Origin: Epiperipatus broadwayi
Taxonomy: Eukaryota; Animalia; Onychophora
DNA: 64,000 nucleotides
Direction of reading: 5' to 3'
NCBI GenBank assembly: GCA_028023455.1
Contig: JAQFVV010000003.1
Coordinates: forward strand, 28,706,001 to 28,770,000
Shown: in pieces, positions 1-11,960 of the stretch
How the letters are laid out: each line of letters starts with the position of its first letter
Numbering within the stretch: the first letter of the stretch is position 1
Program-made: the position numbers and the translations under genes
The notes under the pieces: generated by a model
What the model saw: only the letters and a program-made list of their open reading frames with translations
What the model was told of the DNA's origin: nothing
The model's database searches: none

Positions 1-52
1 GAATGGATTAAGCTTTAGTAAGTATTATTAAGAAATTATATGAAAATAATTA

Positions 53-613
53 AACCATTAAGCATCACATGATCACATTTCCTATACTAGCACATTAATT
101 GTTGATAAACAGAGCAAAACTCTCCATACAGTATTGCCACCTGTGCTAAACAGAGTAATCAATGGATGCCAGAAGGCTTGTGCATAAAATCCCTATCTAA
201 TGCCTAATGGTTTAACACCAATCCTGCCTAATAGGATAATGGTGGCTATGGTTGTAAAAGAGCCAAAGACACCAAAATGTATGGGTGCTGAACTGAGTTC
301 AGACCCATATGACTATTTAAGCTATTGAGCTTAGATTGAAAATATTTTTTGTGTTTTCAATTTCATTCTCATAGTTTAGTAGTTAAGTAGAGATAAAAGG
401 TGGTTGCTAGAGGGTTGCATTAGATCCTAAGATCTAGATGCAGTGCTCTCAGATCCAAAGCTCCTCACTGATGAAGGCCACAAGCCAGAAACTAGTCTGG
501 GGATATTGGATGAGTAGGCATTAGATAGGGATTTTATGCACAAGCCTTCTGGCATCCATTGATTACTCTGTTTAGCACAGGTGGCAATACTGTATGGAGA
601 GTTTTGCTCTGTT
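53..613. mobile_element. Hammerhead-ribozyme repeat family 1 insertion: inverted segment 53-206 (-) plus about 410 nt segment 207-613 (+)
   Basis: Flanked by an exact 14-bp direct repeat TATGAAAATAATTA (39-52 and 614-627) that is LINE ORF2 sequence. Nt 107-206 are the reverse complement of about 515-614. Confidence 0.88.
452..511 (+). ncRNA. Type I hammerhead ribozyme motif, family 1, intact core; predicted cleavage after GUC at 497
   Basis: ATCCAA-AGC-TCCTCA / CTGATGA (468-474) / A-GGC-CACAA-GCC-A / GAAAC-TA-GTC / TGGGGA-TA-TTGGAT. Stem I has an internal loop, and helix III is the palindrome ACTAGT. Confidence 0.85.
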
Positions 614-3600
614 TATGAAAATAATTATTATACTTACCCAATTAGGGGATATAGAATCAGTTAAAGTTAAAAATGGGGTGGGATTAAGGCAAGGATGCCC
701 TATGTCACCTATTTTGTTTTTGTTGTTTTTGAGTGAAATGGAGAAAGCAATAGAAAGACTAGAAAGAGGGATAGAGATACTGTTAATAGGTGGCAAGGGA
801 GTATATACTTTGTCGGGTCTGTTTTTTGCGGATGATATATTTTTGTGTGCAGAAAAAGGAGAAGATATGGAAATTATGTTGAGAGCATGTGCAAGAGTGG
901 GTAAAGAGATGGGGATTAAATTTAGTGAAGAAAAATCAAATATAATGATGGTTAATACTGGGGAAAGAGAAGATGTAGAATTTTTTACTGGGGGATATAA
1001 AGTTATGTGTGGTGGATAGATATAGGTATTTGGGAATCATCTTATGTAATCAGGAAAATTGCTTGGATGAATGGGAGAAAAAAATGGTAAATGAAGCAAA
1101 GAAAAGAAAGGGTCTGGTAAAGAAACTAACAGTATTTTCATATAATAAATATGATGTAGCTAGAATTGTATGGAAGGGAGTTGCAGTACCACGGTTAACA
1201 TATGGTAATGATGCATTATGTGTTTGTAAAAGCGTTTTAGCTTATTTAGAGAAAGTACAAAGGGAAGTAGGAAGATATGTATTAAATGCAGAGATGTGGA
1301 CAGCAAAGGAGGCAATTCAAGGAGAAATGGGATGGTCAAGTTTTTATATGAGAGATGCAAAAAGTAAAATGAAAATCTTTGGTAGGTTGCAGTTTATGGA
1401 TAGTAAAAGAATAGCCAAAATAGTGTTTAATTGGGTTATGAGTAAAGGGCAAGTAACAAGATGGGCAAGAAAGGTAATGTGGTATGCAAAACATTTGGAT
1501 AATGAATTTATATCAGTATACTTGTATAGAAGATGGGATGATTGTGTTAGAAGGATTGTTGAGTGTCATAGTGGTAAAGAATGGGATAAAAGAATGGAAG
1601 CATTAATAAAAAAATAGGGAGTTGGAGAGATGGAGAACTAGTATGGAGGGTAAGAAGAGTTTAAATATATGTAGAAGTAAACGGAATATTGGATGTGAGT
1701 CAATATTATGATAATAGTAAAGAAAGTAGTTTATTGTTTAAGGCTTGAATGGGATCTTTAGCAACAAGAGAATATACATGTAAATGGAAAACTATGGGTG
1801 ATTTAGGGTGCATATTGTGTAAGGAAGGTATAGAAAATATTAGGCATCTGTTGATTGAATGTAAATGCTTGAAAGCAGAAAGGGTACAGATAATGAAGTT
1901 ATGGGAGAATAGGTAGGAACAAAGTGACTACACAGAAAGTGAATTATTAGTTTTTATGCTGGATTTGCGAAAAGATAAGGGGGATTTATATATAAAGGCT
2001 ATAGAGTTGACAAAGATTATGTTGTGGAAATGGGATGGAGCAGAATATGGGAAGACTTAGAGTGGGGAATGGAAAATAAAGTGGCTAACCAGTTTATCTG
2101 GGCATAATTGCTGAGATATTCTTGACTTCGTTTAAGGAGAAGCCAAATACATCACATCACATCACAACAAAAACTTTCTCTTCTTTTGGCGTGGTTGCTC
2201 ACAAATAAAAAAAAATAAATGAATGAAGTCGACTTTTTAAATCCAAAAAACAATATTTAAAAAAGTAGCTATTCATCCTGTTGGGAAAGTCTTTTAACAA
2301 TACAGTCCTATCTGTAGCACAATATGACAGCTATTTAATGTGATATCAGATGGAAAAAAGTTTCAAAAATAATCTCTGGGTTTTTCCCGTTCACTTGGAT
2401 ATGGGTTTTAACTGCATCAGTGTCGATGATATAAATCTATACATATTTTTACTGAAAATACACATTTTTATATTCAATTCAAAATATTATTTTATGTTAC
2501 TTCAGATATAGTCTTTTATAAAGTTATTCTTTTTGTCATGATAATATTTTTTAATTATCCATTTGTTTCTTTTTCTGATGAATAATTTAAAGAAAAAAAA
2601 CTAGTTTTATATTATACTAATAATTTATGATATTAAATAATTTACTGTAGTTTTCAATTACAACTTGTCATAAAAAATATATCCGTAATAATATCGGTTT
2701 TTCTTTTTAATCATGTTTCAAGGGAAATTTGTAATAATAAACTTTTTTTAGAAAGACAATATTTAAAAAAAAATATTCACTGCAACTTTTTTCTAAGAAA
2801 AGACATAAGTAGTTACTAATGTAAGCATCAATGGTATCTTTTTATTCTAGGTTCAATATTAAATTCATTTTTTAACTTTTCAAAAATATTAAAATTTAAG
2901 TTTTTTCCATATAACTTTTTGTTCTCCAAATAAAGTTATCTATCTTTAAAATATAATGCATAAAAATGCTAGTTTTTAGAAAAATATTTCTACTCAACAT
3001 TCCTGCCAATGTTCAAAGTACTAAAAATAAATAATGATATAAATTTTTCCATAATATATTTAAAATTATACTTTCCTTTATTAGCTGTACTTTCTTCATT
3101 AATTCTTTTGAATACATTATCCTTGGTATTAAATCCATATTTTACCGTGAAGTTGGCTTAAGCTTCAATAAAATGACCAATAGAGAATTTTTTTTATATT
3201 AAGGGCTGCATTATTACTTTAACTTAATAAATTATTAATCCTTCAAAACTTTTCTTTAAAAATAATGATAATAATATTGATAATAAGTTAACAACTTATT
3301 AAGCATGCAATAAAAATGAGAACATCTACTTTTATATCAAATTAAACTGACAATTTGATTGGTTATTTACTCTTCAACTTATGATCTAATTTACATATTT
3401 GCCAAGTTTATGTAATTCAAATTTGGAAATAAAATCTATGACTTATATTAAATATCAAATATTATTAGAAAATTTAATTCTAAATTAATTCTACAATTTT
3501 ATTTAAACAAACTAAACACTCTAAATAACATTTTAAAAATAATACTTTATTAATTTATCCAATATTTAATTTTAATTTATCTATTTTTAAAATTTAACTT

Positions 3601-6600
3601 TACTAACTACATTTATTTTAAAGCTATTCAATTACATAAATTTCCTAACATTTACTTTTATGATACACAAATATTTCAATTTTTAAAAACAATTTTGAAA
3701 GTAATTTTGAAACTTTCTTTAGAAACTTTGTAAGCACAAAGCATGAGTATTCACTGGTCACATGACTTTAAAAAAAAAACCCAGACAAAATGTAGCAATT
3801 TTTTATAATTACTATCTAAAAACTGCATTATTTTATTACAAAATATTATATTAAAAAATAATAAAATGATACAATTTGAAATAATAAATTTTGAAATTAT
3901 TTAAACTGTAATAAATTAAATACATTTGTCTACCACAAAATATTATACTTTTAATAAATAATTTATAATATAAATATTAAATCTAATTTTTATTTAAAAT
4001 ACATTAGCTCATTTAATTTTAAGTCATTATTTTAAAATTAGCTTTTAGCACTTAGTTTACTAGAACTTTTACTATATAATTTCACTATGGTCAGTTTTCC
4101 CAACCATACAAAAATCATATTTAGCTTTACTTTATAATTTTAGCATATTAACAGTCTTTACATATTTACAACTCCCAATTTTATTTTAACAAAGTTTTAA
4201 AAATGTTATCAATACCATATAGCATTTATACTATTTTAAATTTACACTTAATTTAAAATTTTTCAAATATTGACTTAGTAAATCTATTTGTACCAATCAA
4301 AAGGGTATAATATATATATATATATATATTGTGTCATTCAGTGGCACAAAAACTATTAGTACGTAGAAATGAAGCTGTATTATTCAAAGTAAAAGTAGTT
4401 TTTTAAAGTACTTTGTTTAATATTCATTATTTTACCCCATGCTAGATTAAAAGTTTTAATAAAAATGTAATTATTAGAATAAATTTTTTTAAAAAGGAAA
4501 TTTTAAATGTAAAGTATGCATTTTATTAGCAGATATATTTTACAAAGTTTAAAAACAAAAAATGCATACTATCCTGAACTTTAATATATGTATATGTTTT
4601 ATTTGTAATAAAATTTTAAGAAGGACCCTGTTGCTAAACAACAATTGTAAAACTTGAAAGAAGTGAACAAGTCATGGGCTGGAGATAATTTTCATGCAGA
4701 TTGCAAACCTAAATGTAATTGTACGTATAAAAGTAAAATTAAAAGGAAAAAAAGATACTTTATGAAAAAAAAGCAGTGACTAATTAAATTAGGTATACAT
4801 AGCTGTGTCAGTTACATTTTCTGTCATATATTTTTTTTCTGCTGCAAAGAAGGTATAAGATATTTAAACTTGAAATCAATGGTAATGTGAAAGTAGCAAG
4901 AACCACAGTAGCTAATACCAAACCTTAAGTAGTCCATTATCTATTTTATTTAAAGTTATGGAAGCCATCAAATGTCACTGCAAAGTATTATTCATGGTGG
5001 GCTTAAAGTTTGCTACATTCTGTTCATCACTGATTGTCCTATATTCTGAGTGTTAAAATGTTGCTCTGACCAAATAAATCATACCTATTCTGAGTTTGTT
5101 CCCATTATTCACCTACAAACTGAATACCATTTATACTCATCTACAAAATTATCTTTAGATGACCCAACACCAACTTATTATCCAAAGAAATGTAAAAAGA
5201 TGAAAATCATCATCAAGAACATCAAAACAGCATGGAAATATCCAAGATCAAGAGACAGAAAAGTAAATATATATATAAAAAAGATACCTATAATTGAACT
5301 GATCTGAAAATATCAGTAATATATTCTTGTAATAATAATTAATTAATTAATTACCAAAGACCTTTCATAAAATATGTAAACAATATATTAATATTTTATT
5401 ATATGGATTTAAATTTAGACATTTTTTTAATTGTATATTTCTTTAAAAATACTTGCATCACTTAATCTTTTTATTCTCTCATGTACTGTAGAATGGGTTG
5501 TGGAGGAGACAAAATGAATTGTAACACTGTTTTTTTTTATTATTGTTAGTATTTTCTCTATATATAAACTTCAACAGATTCTTTTATAATGTAATTGCCT
5601 AAAACAAGCAATTCAATGGTAAAAAAATTATAATAAGCTAGAGAGAAAGTGTCAGATTACTTTCCACTTATTATTAAGATAGTGTATTAATAATTTGCAT
5701 TAATGCTGGCTTTCAAATGTAAGCTATTTTAAGTAAGGGGTGATCTCTTTCAATATCATCTTAACAAATTACAACCTAGAAGAGGGGCCAGATAATAAAA
5801 AAATGTCACTGGTTTTCCACATGTGATCATGCGTTTTTATGATTATGTCTAAATGCACTCAAACATAGCAATGGTGAAGCTAGGTATAAATTGTAATGTT
5901 AATTAGCTGAGTGCTTATCTTCTCATAATCATAGGAAGTTGATTGTGTGAGCATAATAAAAAAGTATGTGGAAAATATTTAAATATATGCAAAGTGGACT
6001 AAAAAAATCCACTTTTTGGAGTGAGTGAAGCATGATTCCTTCTGATTTATAGCATAGGTGTTGTTAATTATAAACTATGCTTCTTTGATTTTATGTTTTG
6101 AGCTATGGAATTCTATTCATGCAATGAAAACAGACAGCTCAAATATATGGCCAGTGGATCTTTGATGTTCTAAAATGATGGGATTATATTCAGGTTTATT
6201 CAGAACTCTTTTGTCTAAGTAGCAGTGCTGAGAGACAAAAGTGGTCATGTGGGATTCACCATAGTATATGGCATGGCAGCCAGTTTGGGAGATGGGGATA
6301 TTGTCTATTATGTGAGAAGTCTGATCACAGGCTAGGTGGTCTCTTGGTTGAAGGGGGGGGGGTACAAAAACCTAGCCTGAAGGAAAAAGAAAAGGTTTTA
6401 ATAAAAGTTTTTAATAGGGAATGGATGTGTGGAAGAAGCTATGATTTGTCATCTTCTTGTGAGATGGCTGGGTTTGAATCCAATGTTAATGAGATCTTTT
6501 ATATATTGATCTATGTTATCTTTGCAGGTGGCTTTAAATTTACATAAGTAATAATTACAAAAAAAGGAATGATGAAAGACCTGCAAATTTATGTGTGCAT

Positions 6601-7273
6601 GGAAAGTTTGATTTAGGGTGTACTACAACTATGAGAAGATAAAATTTCTCGAAAGTGCTCAGTCAATTAATATTTTAATTTGTACTTAACTTCACCATTG
6701 TTTTCATTTTAGCACATTTAGACATATTACTTGTTTAATTGGGAAGTCTACATTTTTCTTATTCTTACATCTTTATGATTGTATATTAGAAACGATAATT
6801 TAATTATCTTATAAATTAAGAAGGGACATTTATATCATAGTATATTTTAAATAAACCCCCAAAACTCAAGTACTCTGGTTGTTTTGACATATAACAAGAC
6901 AATACTTTATATTTGAGACTGGATAACTTGTTTTTCAAACCATGATTCATTAAACATTGCAACAAATTCTGTTATGAATAGTAGACAGAGTGGGTATTAT
7001 GTACATGCTCCAATCAGTTTCCTTTTGGATGCTTTTTTAAATGTTTTTGACCAAACATTCAGCTTGTCTATTGCACTTTGTGTGAAATGTCAATATGTGA
7101 TTAATTTTATCACATGTACAGAAGTATTTGGATTAGCTTGATGTAAAAGCTGTTCCATTATCCACAACAATAGTTAAAGGAAGTCATGAGTTGCATATAT
7201 TTTCCTTAAAATGTCAATTGTGGTTGAGGCATTAAAATTGGTTACAATAATTATTTTTAACCATTTAGAGTAG

Positions 7274-7473
7274 CAAACTCTCCATACAGCAGTACCACCC
7301 AGTCCAAGCCTTAGTAATCAATGGATTCAGGAAGGTTTGTGCATAAAATCTCCTTCTAAATGGCTACACATCCAATATCCCTAGATTTTAGCTTGTGGCT
7401 TTCATCAGTGAAGAGTTTTGGAATCTGATTAATAACAGTTTGAGTAAGCATAGGGAATGCTGATCGTGTGACC
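7274..7473. mobile_element. Family 1 ribozyme-repeat insertion (inverted part plus short 3' part) inside the Gypsy integrase; hammerhead degenerate
   Basis: Reverse complement of the family 1 sequence at 7274-7428 (CTGATGA-AAGC-CACAA-GCTA then AAAT instead of GAAA). The + strand tail ends at gatcgtgtga. A 10-bp direct repeat TTTAGAGTAG lies at 7264-7273 and 7474-7483. Confidence 0.75.
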
Positions 7474-10239
7474 TTTAGAGTAGGTATAATGAATGATGAT
7501 AATTTTTGCCCTTCCATGATTTAAATGTATTCTTTAGGATCCAGCTTCTTGTAGCCAAAGATTGTCTCTCATTTTAGCTGGCAGTTTGATTCATTTTGCT
7601 TTGTTGATATTAGTGTACCTGATATTTTATATTAGGTAATTAACATATAATCTACCCAGCACTTTTTGTTTTAATTATTCCAGAATGACCATAATGCAAT
7701 AACATTAACATCTGTTTGCAGCTTCTGGGCAATATGATTTGATTAGCCCACATTATTCTTACCCAAAAGGCTTCATGTATATATTGTGTTTTATTAATTG
7801 GCCACTTTGTGTGACCAATGAGTTATCATTTTACTGTTTATTTGGTCTTATTTTCTAAATTGATCACATTTATTAATGGTTTCTTCTTGCAATTGAGTTT
7901 TTTCTATTCTTATCTGATAATCTACTGAGAACATCACATGTGCCCCCCCCTCCATCTACCTAATGACATTTAAAGTATATGTGCTCAGCAAGTAAACCAT
8001 CCAAACTTGTAAGATGAGATGGGCTGAGGTACCTCTCTTTTGGCATTAAATATGCATAATAAGGGTTTATGATGAATTTGTAAAATGAGTGAATTTCTGT
8101 ATACATATTGATGGAATTTTTTAACACCTGCTACTAAATCCAGTGCGTTTCTGTCTATTGTCAATGTGCAAAAAGTGAATGCAATGGGAATGTCAGTTAC
8201 ATTTCTGTTACAATGTATTAGTACTGCTCCAATGCTACTGGTAAAGCATCATGATACAAATCTGTATTTGGGTCATAGTGGGTTAGTCGAATTGCATTGT
8301 TAGCCCCTTTAGCTTATTAAAAAAACAAATTTATTGAATGCTCCATATCCACTCAGCCTTTTTATTTTGCAGTTGATATAGTAGTTGGCAGCTTCTGTTT
8401 TGTGCTAAATGAAGCTCTCATAATAGATGATAAGTCCAAGGGAATATTTGAAGCTCTTTTGTTAGTGGAAGTCTATGCATTCAGAATAGCTTTTATTTTG
8501 TTATTAGTAGAAAAAAAATACCTTACTGTAATTGTGAATCCGAAAAATTCTATTTCCTCTGCCTCACACTCTTTGCTCCTTACTCCAGATTATTAATAGG
8601 AAATAATCAAAATATGGAATGGTCCCAGAAATTTTTGCTGCTAATTGATCAACTCCTTGCTAGAATATGGCTGGAACTACCAAAAGGCGAAATGGCTGTT
8701 AATTAACTTTGTAAAGTCAGTTATGAATAGGGTTCTAGGAGCTTCATCATCCACTTGTATTTGAAAATAAGCATGTTGTAGATCTATGTCTAATTGATGG
8801 AGAGGATAATTATTAAAAATTAAGGCTTTATTTAATGTACAGTGATAATCACACATATTTCACATTTCTCAGTTGTTTTTAATAAATAGTACTATTGATA
8901 TAGCCTATTCAGAATGAGATATTGGTTTGAACATTTCCTCAAATTACAACCTATATAACTCCTCAAAACTAGTTCTTAAAACAAAAGATATTGATCAATA
9001 GTTACATCTGATCAGTTTAATGAATAATTGTGTGGATGCTTTTTGATAATGATCAAAACCACGTTAAAAAACTTTATCATACTGTCTTTTAAATTCTGAT
9101 GTCATGCAACTTGATTTGTTTTATTGGTGAGGAGCTCACTGGCTTAAATCAATTTCAACTCATTTAGTTACTAAGTTCTCTTGCAGAAACAAGTAATGAC
9201 ATTTGTATATATTTAATCCTTTCTGGACATTGTACTGGGCTTCTTCCAGGGGTGTAAACTATTTGTACCGATTGTCATAGATTTGGGCTGAGCATTAGAT
9301 CAATCTTTTGATTTCTAGTTATTCTCGCATACACTTACTTGAGGTAATGGATATTGCTGAACCAGAATCAAACTTCTATTGCCACAGAAATGTTTTTTAA
9401 AAGCTGGAACTTCATTTTGCTTCTTAAATGCATTTAGCATCTAATTTTTTGAGATTTGATTGATGGTTTTATTAAAGGAACATTTATCACTATTTTGTCT
9501 CCATTTTGGAAGACAAGCAGCATTGATAAAATGATAGCTCATATTAATATACAAACTATGGGCTAAATGATTTTTTTTTTGCAACAGTAACCATTTTTAT
9601 CTTTGCGATTGCTTGGTGCTGAAATGATTGGTGTTTGACCATGTTTTTCTTATGTCATTTTTATTTCAGCATTTTTATTCGGCAAACATGCAGATTGATT
9701 GCTTCTTAAGGTCACCGGGGACATTTAAAATGTTGTGTTTCATCAACAATCTGACTCCTAATGCATAATTTTTCATAACAAATTTATACTGATCTCACAG
9801 AACTTCTCAAGATGATCAAGATCACCCTCTGCAATTCAATTGCATAGTTAACTGCCATTTCAGCAGTTTCTTGATCGCATTCATTTAATTTACTTTTGCA
9901 TTACTACCACGGCTTTGGTTTAAAATAGGTATTTAGAAGTTCTAGAGCTTATCAAACATTAGTTTAGAAGGGTGCAGAGATGTTGTCTGTGGCACAAGAA
10001 CAGCTAATCTGCAGACATTCATGAGTATGGCCAACTTTAGTTCTGCTTTAGTTTCATTAGCATCCATATAAAAATTCAGTTTGTCAAAATATGCTAGCAA
10101 GGATCCCTTGTTAAGTCTTCAAGAGATCCCATTTGAACCATTATCAACAAATCAGTGAACATTGCTTTTCACTTCATCAGGGTTTAGCCAGATACCATAA
10201 CACACTATCTATCTGGAAAATCTCATCCTCATCACCAGT

Positions 10240-10444
10240 TGTTGTTATGTATAGCAAAGGCAAACCCAAATTAGTTTTATTATACAATAACATAAATGAG
10301 TAAAGCACAATCTCACAAACAATATGAAGTTTGTCCACAACATATACATATGTCTGGATAATAAGAATATAAACATTCTTTCAAAACTGCAACCACTCCT
10401 TAAGCTTCTAAACAGTTGTAGCCCAGATAAAAAACTATGAGACA
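10240..10444 (-). repeat. Putative 5' LTR (~205 bp, TGT...ACA) followed by a primer-binding-site-like sequence
   Basis: On the minus strand it starts TGTCTCAT and ends ACA, then AC, then TGGTGATGAGGATGAGATT. This resembles a CpG-decayed TGGCGACGAGG-type Gypsy PBS and lies directly upstream of the gag relic. No partner LTR was found. Confidence 0.55.
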
Positions 10445-10676
10445 ATTCCTCTTCTCTCTAAGATCAAAAGGAATGGACTACCTAAAAAATGTTAATTCAC
10501 AAGTCATTTTCATTGCTTTGTTTATATATATTATCCACTGATAATCATTTCCTGTTGGCTGTATTTTTAAGAGAAATAAGACACTTAAAAAAAAAAAAAA
10601 CTGAATGCTTAATGATGGCATTGTAAAATGAATTTAGCCCATTAATAAATATCATGATAGCAAAATTTTATTAGCA

Positions 10677-11448
10677 GTAATAAATTCTCCATACAGTAGT
10701 GCCACCAGTGCAAGCCTTAATAATTAATGAATGCAGGAAGGTTTGTGAATAAAAATTCCCATCTAGTGCCCACTCATTCAATATCCCCAGACTAGCTTCT
10801 GGCTTTCATCAATGAAGAGCTTTGAATCTGAGAGCACTGCACCTAGATCCAAGAATCTAATGCAATCCTCCAGCAAACATCTTTTACCTATTTAGTTAAC
10901 TTTAAAGCTGGGAGTTCAAGAGTATAGTCAAATAGGTCTGAATCCAGTTCAGCATCTATACATCTTAGTGTCTTTGGTTTATCATAAACTACAGTTACCA
11001 TTGTCCTATAGGCAGGAATGATATAAAACCCACAACACATCATTTGGTGACTGTAGTTTTGATAAACCAAGGATACCAAAATATATAGATTCCAAACTGA
11101 ATTAAGATCTATATGACTATACAAGTGAATGATCTTGGGTTAAAGACATTAAGATGTTTTCATTTTGACACTCCTAGCTTTATAGTTAACTAAATAGGTA
11201 AAAGGTGGCTGGCGGAGAATTGCATTAGATCAAGGTACAGTGTTCTCAGATCCAAGACCCCCCAGTGATCAAAGCCACAAGCTAGAAACTAGTCTGGGGA
11301 TATTGGATGAGTAGGCACTAAATGGAGATTTTATGCACAAACCTTCCTGCATCCATTGATTACTAAGACGTGCAATGAGTGCACTACTGTATGAAGAGTT
11401 TGCTACTGTTAATAATAGCTGTGAAGCATAGGAAATGATGATAAAGTG
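10677..11448. mobile_element. Family 1 head-to-head inverted pair (about 10677-11043 -, 11044-11448 +), roughly 360-bp diverged arms
   Basis: Both arms align by eye to 207-613. There is an imperfect candidate TSD AAATTTTATTAGCA (10663-10676) / AAATTTATCTAGCA (11449-11462). Confidence 0.8.
11250..11308 (+). ncRNA. Type I hammerhead motif, family 1, with G3:C8 swapped core (GTGATCA); predicted cleavage after 11294
   Basis: ATCCAA..CCCCA / GTGATCA (11265-11271) / A-AGC-CACAA-GCT-A / GAAAC-TA-GTC / TGGGG-A-TA-TTGGAT. Confidence 0.65.
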
Positions 11449-11689
11449 AAATTTATCTAGCAAACTGAAAAAGACAAGCATAGTAAAATAATTTACTCGC
11501 ATAGCAGTGAGATAATTATTCAAAAACTAGTTTTTTTTGTGTGGATCAATTCCCATTAGAAAAAGAACAAAAATGAGTAGCTAGTGTCAATTGTAACTTC
11601 AATGTCACTTGACCTCCAAACGCAAGCAACAGATCTTACATAAATAAATAACTGGGGGAAAAACTTTATTGTATAAATGAGTATTTTGT

Positions 11690-11960
11690 AAGAAATAGTA
11701 ATTACGCGCCATTTATGGTACTTACGCCATAAATCTATAAACTCATATAATACAGGAATACGTACATATAAACACTTATCTATTCATGCAAAAATGGAAA
11801 TATTGTTACATAAATGTATAAAATATATTTTATTTCAAATAGAAACAGATATCTTAAATATAATTATTATCTAAGGGAGACTTAAAAATAAATAAATCTA
11901 AAAAAAAAAAAGTATTAACAAGCGAGAACGCGATCGTGACGTACAAAATGTTTGTTAAAT
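11690..11960 (+). promoter_or_regulatory. Probable promoter / 5' UTR region of TMEM115
   Basis: Local CpG enrichment in a CpG-poor background (acgcgccat, acgccat, gaacgcgatcgtgacgt), a TGACGT half-site, and a YY1-like AANATGGCGGC over the start codon. The TSS cannot be determined. Confidence 0.4.

Larger units (their letters stand above)
1..2165 (+). mobile_element. Non-LTR retrotransposon (APE-RT LINE, clade uncertain), copy A; 3' part of ORF2 plus 3' UTR, continues beyond the window start and is interrupted by the insertion at 53-613
   Basis: ORFs 594-1019 (GLRQGCPMSPILF, FFADDIFL RT motifs) and 1009-1617 are colinear with copy B at 18030-19000. Nt 1-52 match copy B near 17985-18035. The shared 3' UTR ends in a (CATCA)n tail at about 2149-2165. 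Frameshifts and stops are present. Confidence 0.92.
6960..10444 (-). mobile_element. Degenerate Ty3/Gypsy LTR retrotransposon (gag, protease, RT, RNase H, integrase relics)
   Basis: Minus-strand fragments: gag-like LLNTYFKPKP (~9930), protease EV(D)SGSAISI (~9365), RT DLQHAYFQIQVDDE (~8770), HYDP RNase H region (~8270), integrase IVVDNGTAFTS (~7150). Many stops and frameshifts. Confidence 0.8.

Noticed and set aside
61-80. catcacatgatcacat in family 1 resembling the LINE (CATCA)n tail
   Set aside because: It is on the strand opposite the ribozyme and is low complexity, so it is not evidence of a shared LINE 3' end.
11952-11960. TTG start of the ORF-track call for TMEM115
   Set aside because: This is eukaryotic sequence, and the in-frame ATG at 11961 in good context gives the recognisable N-terminus.
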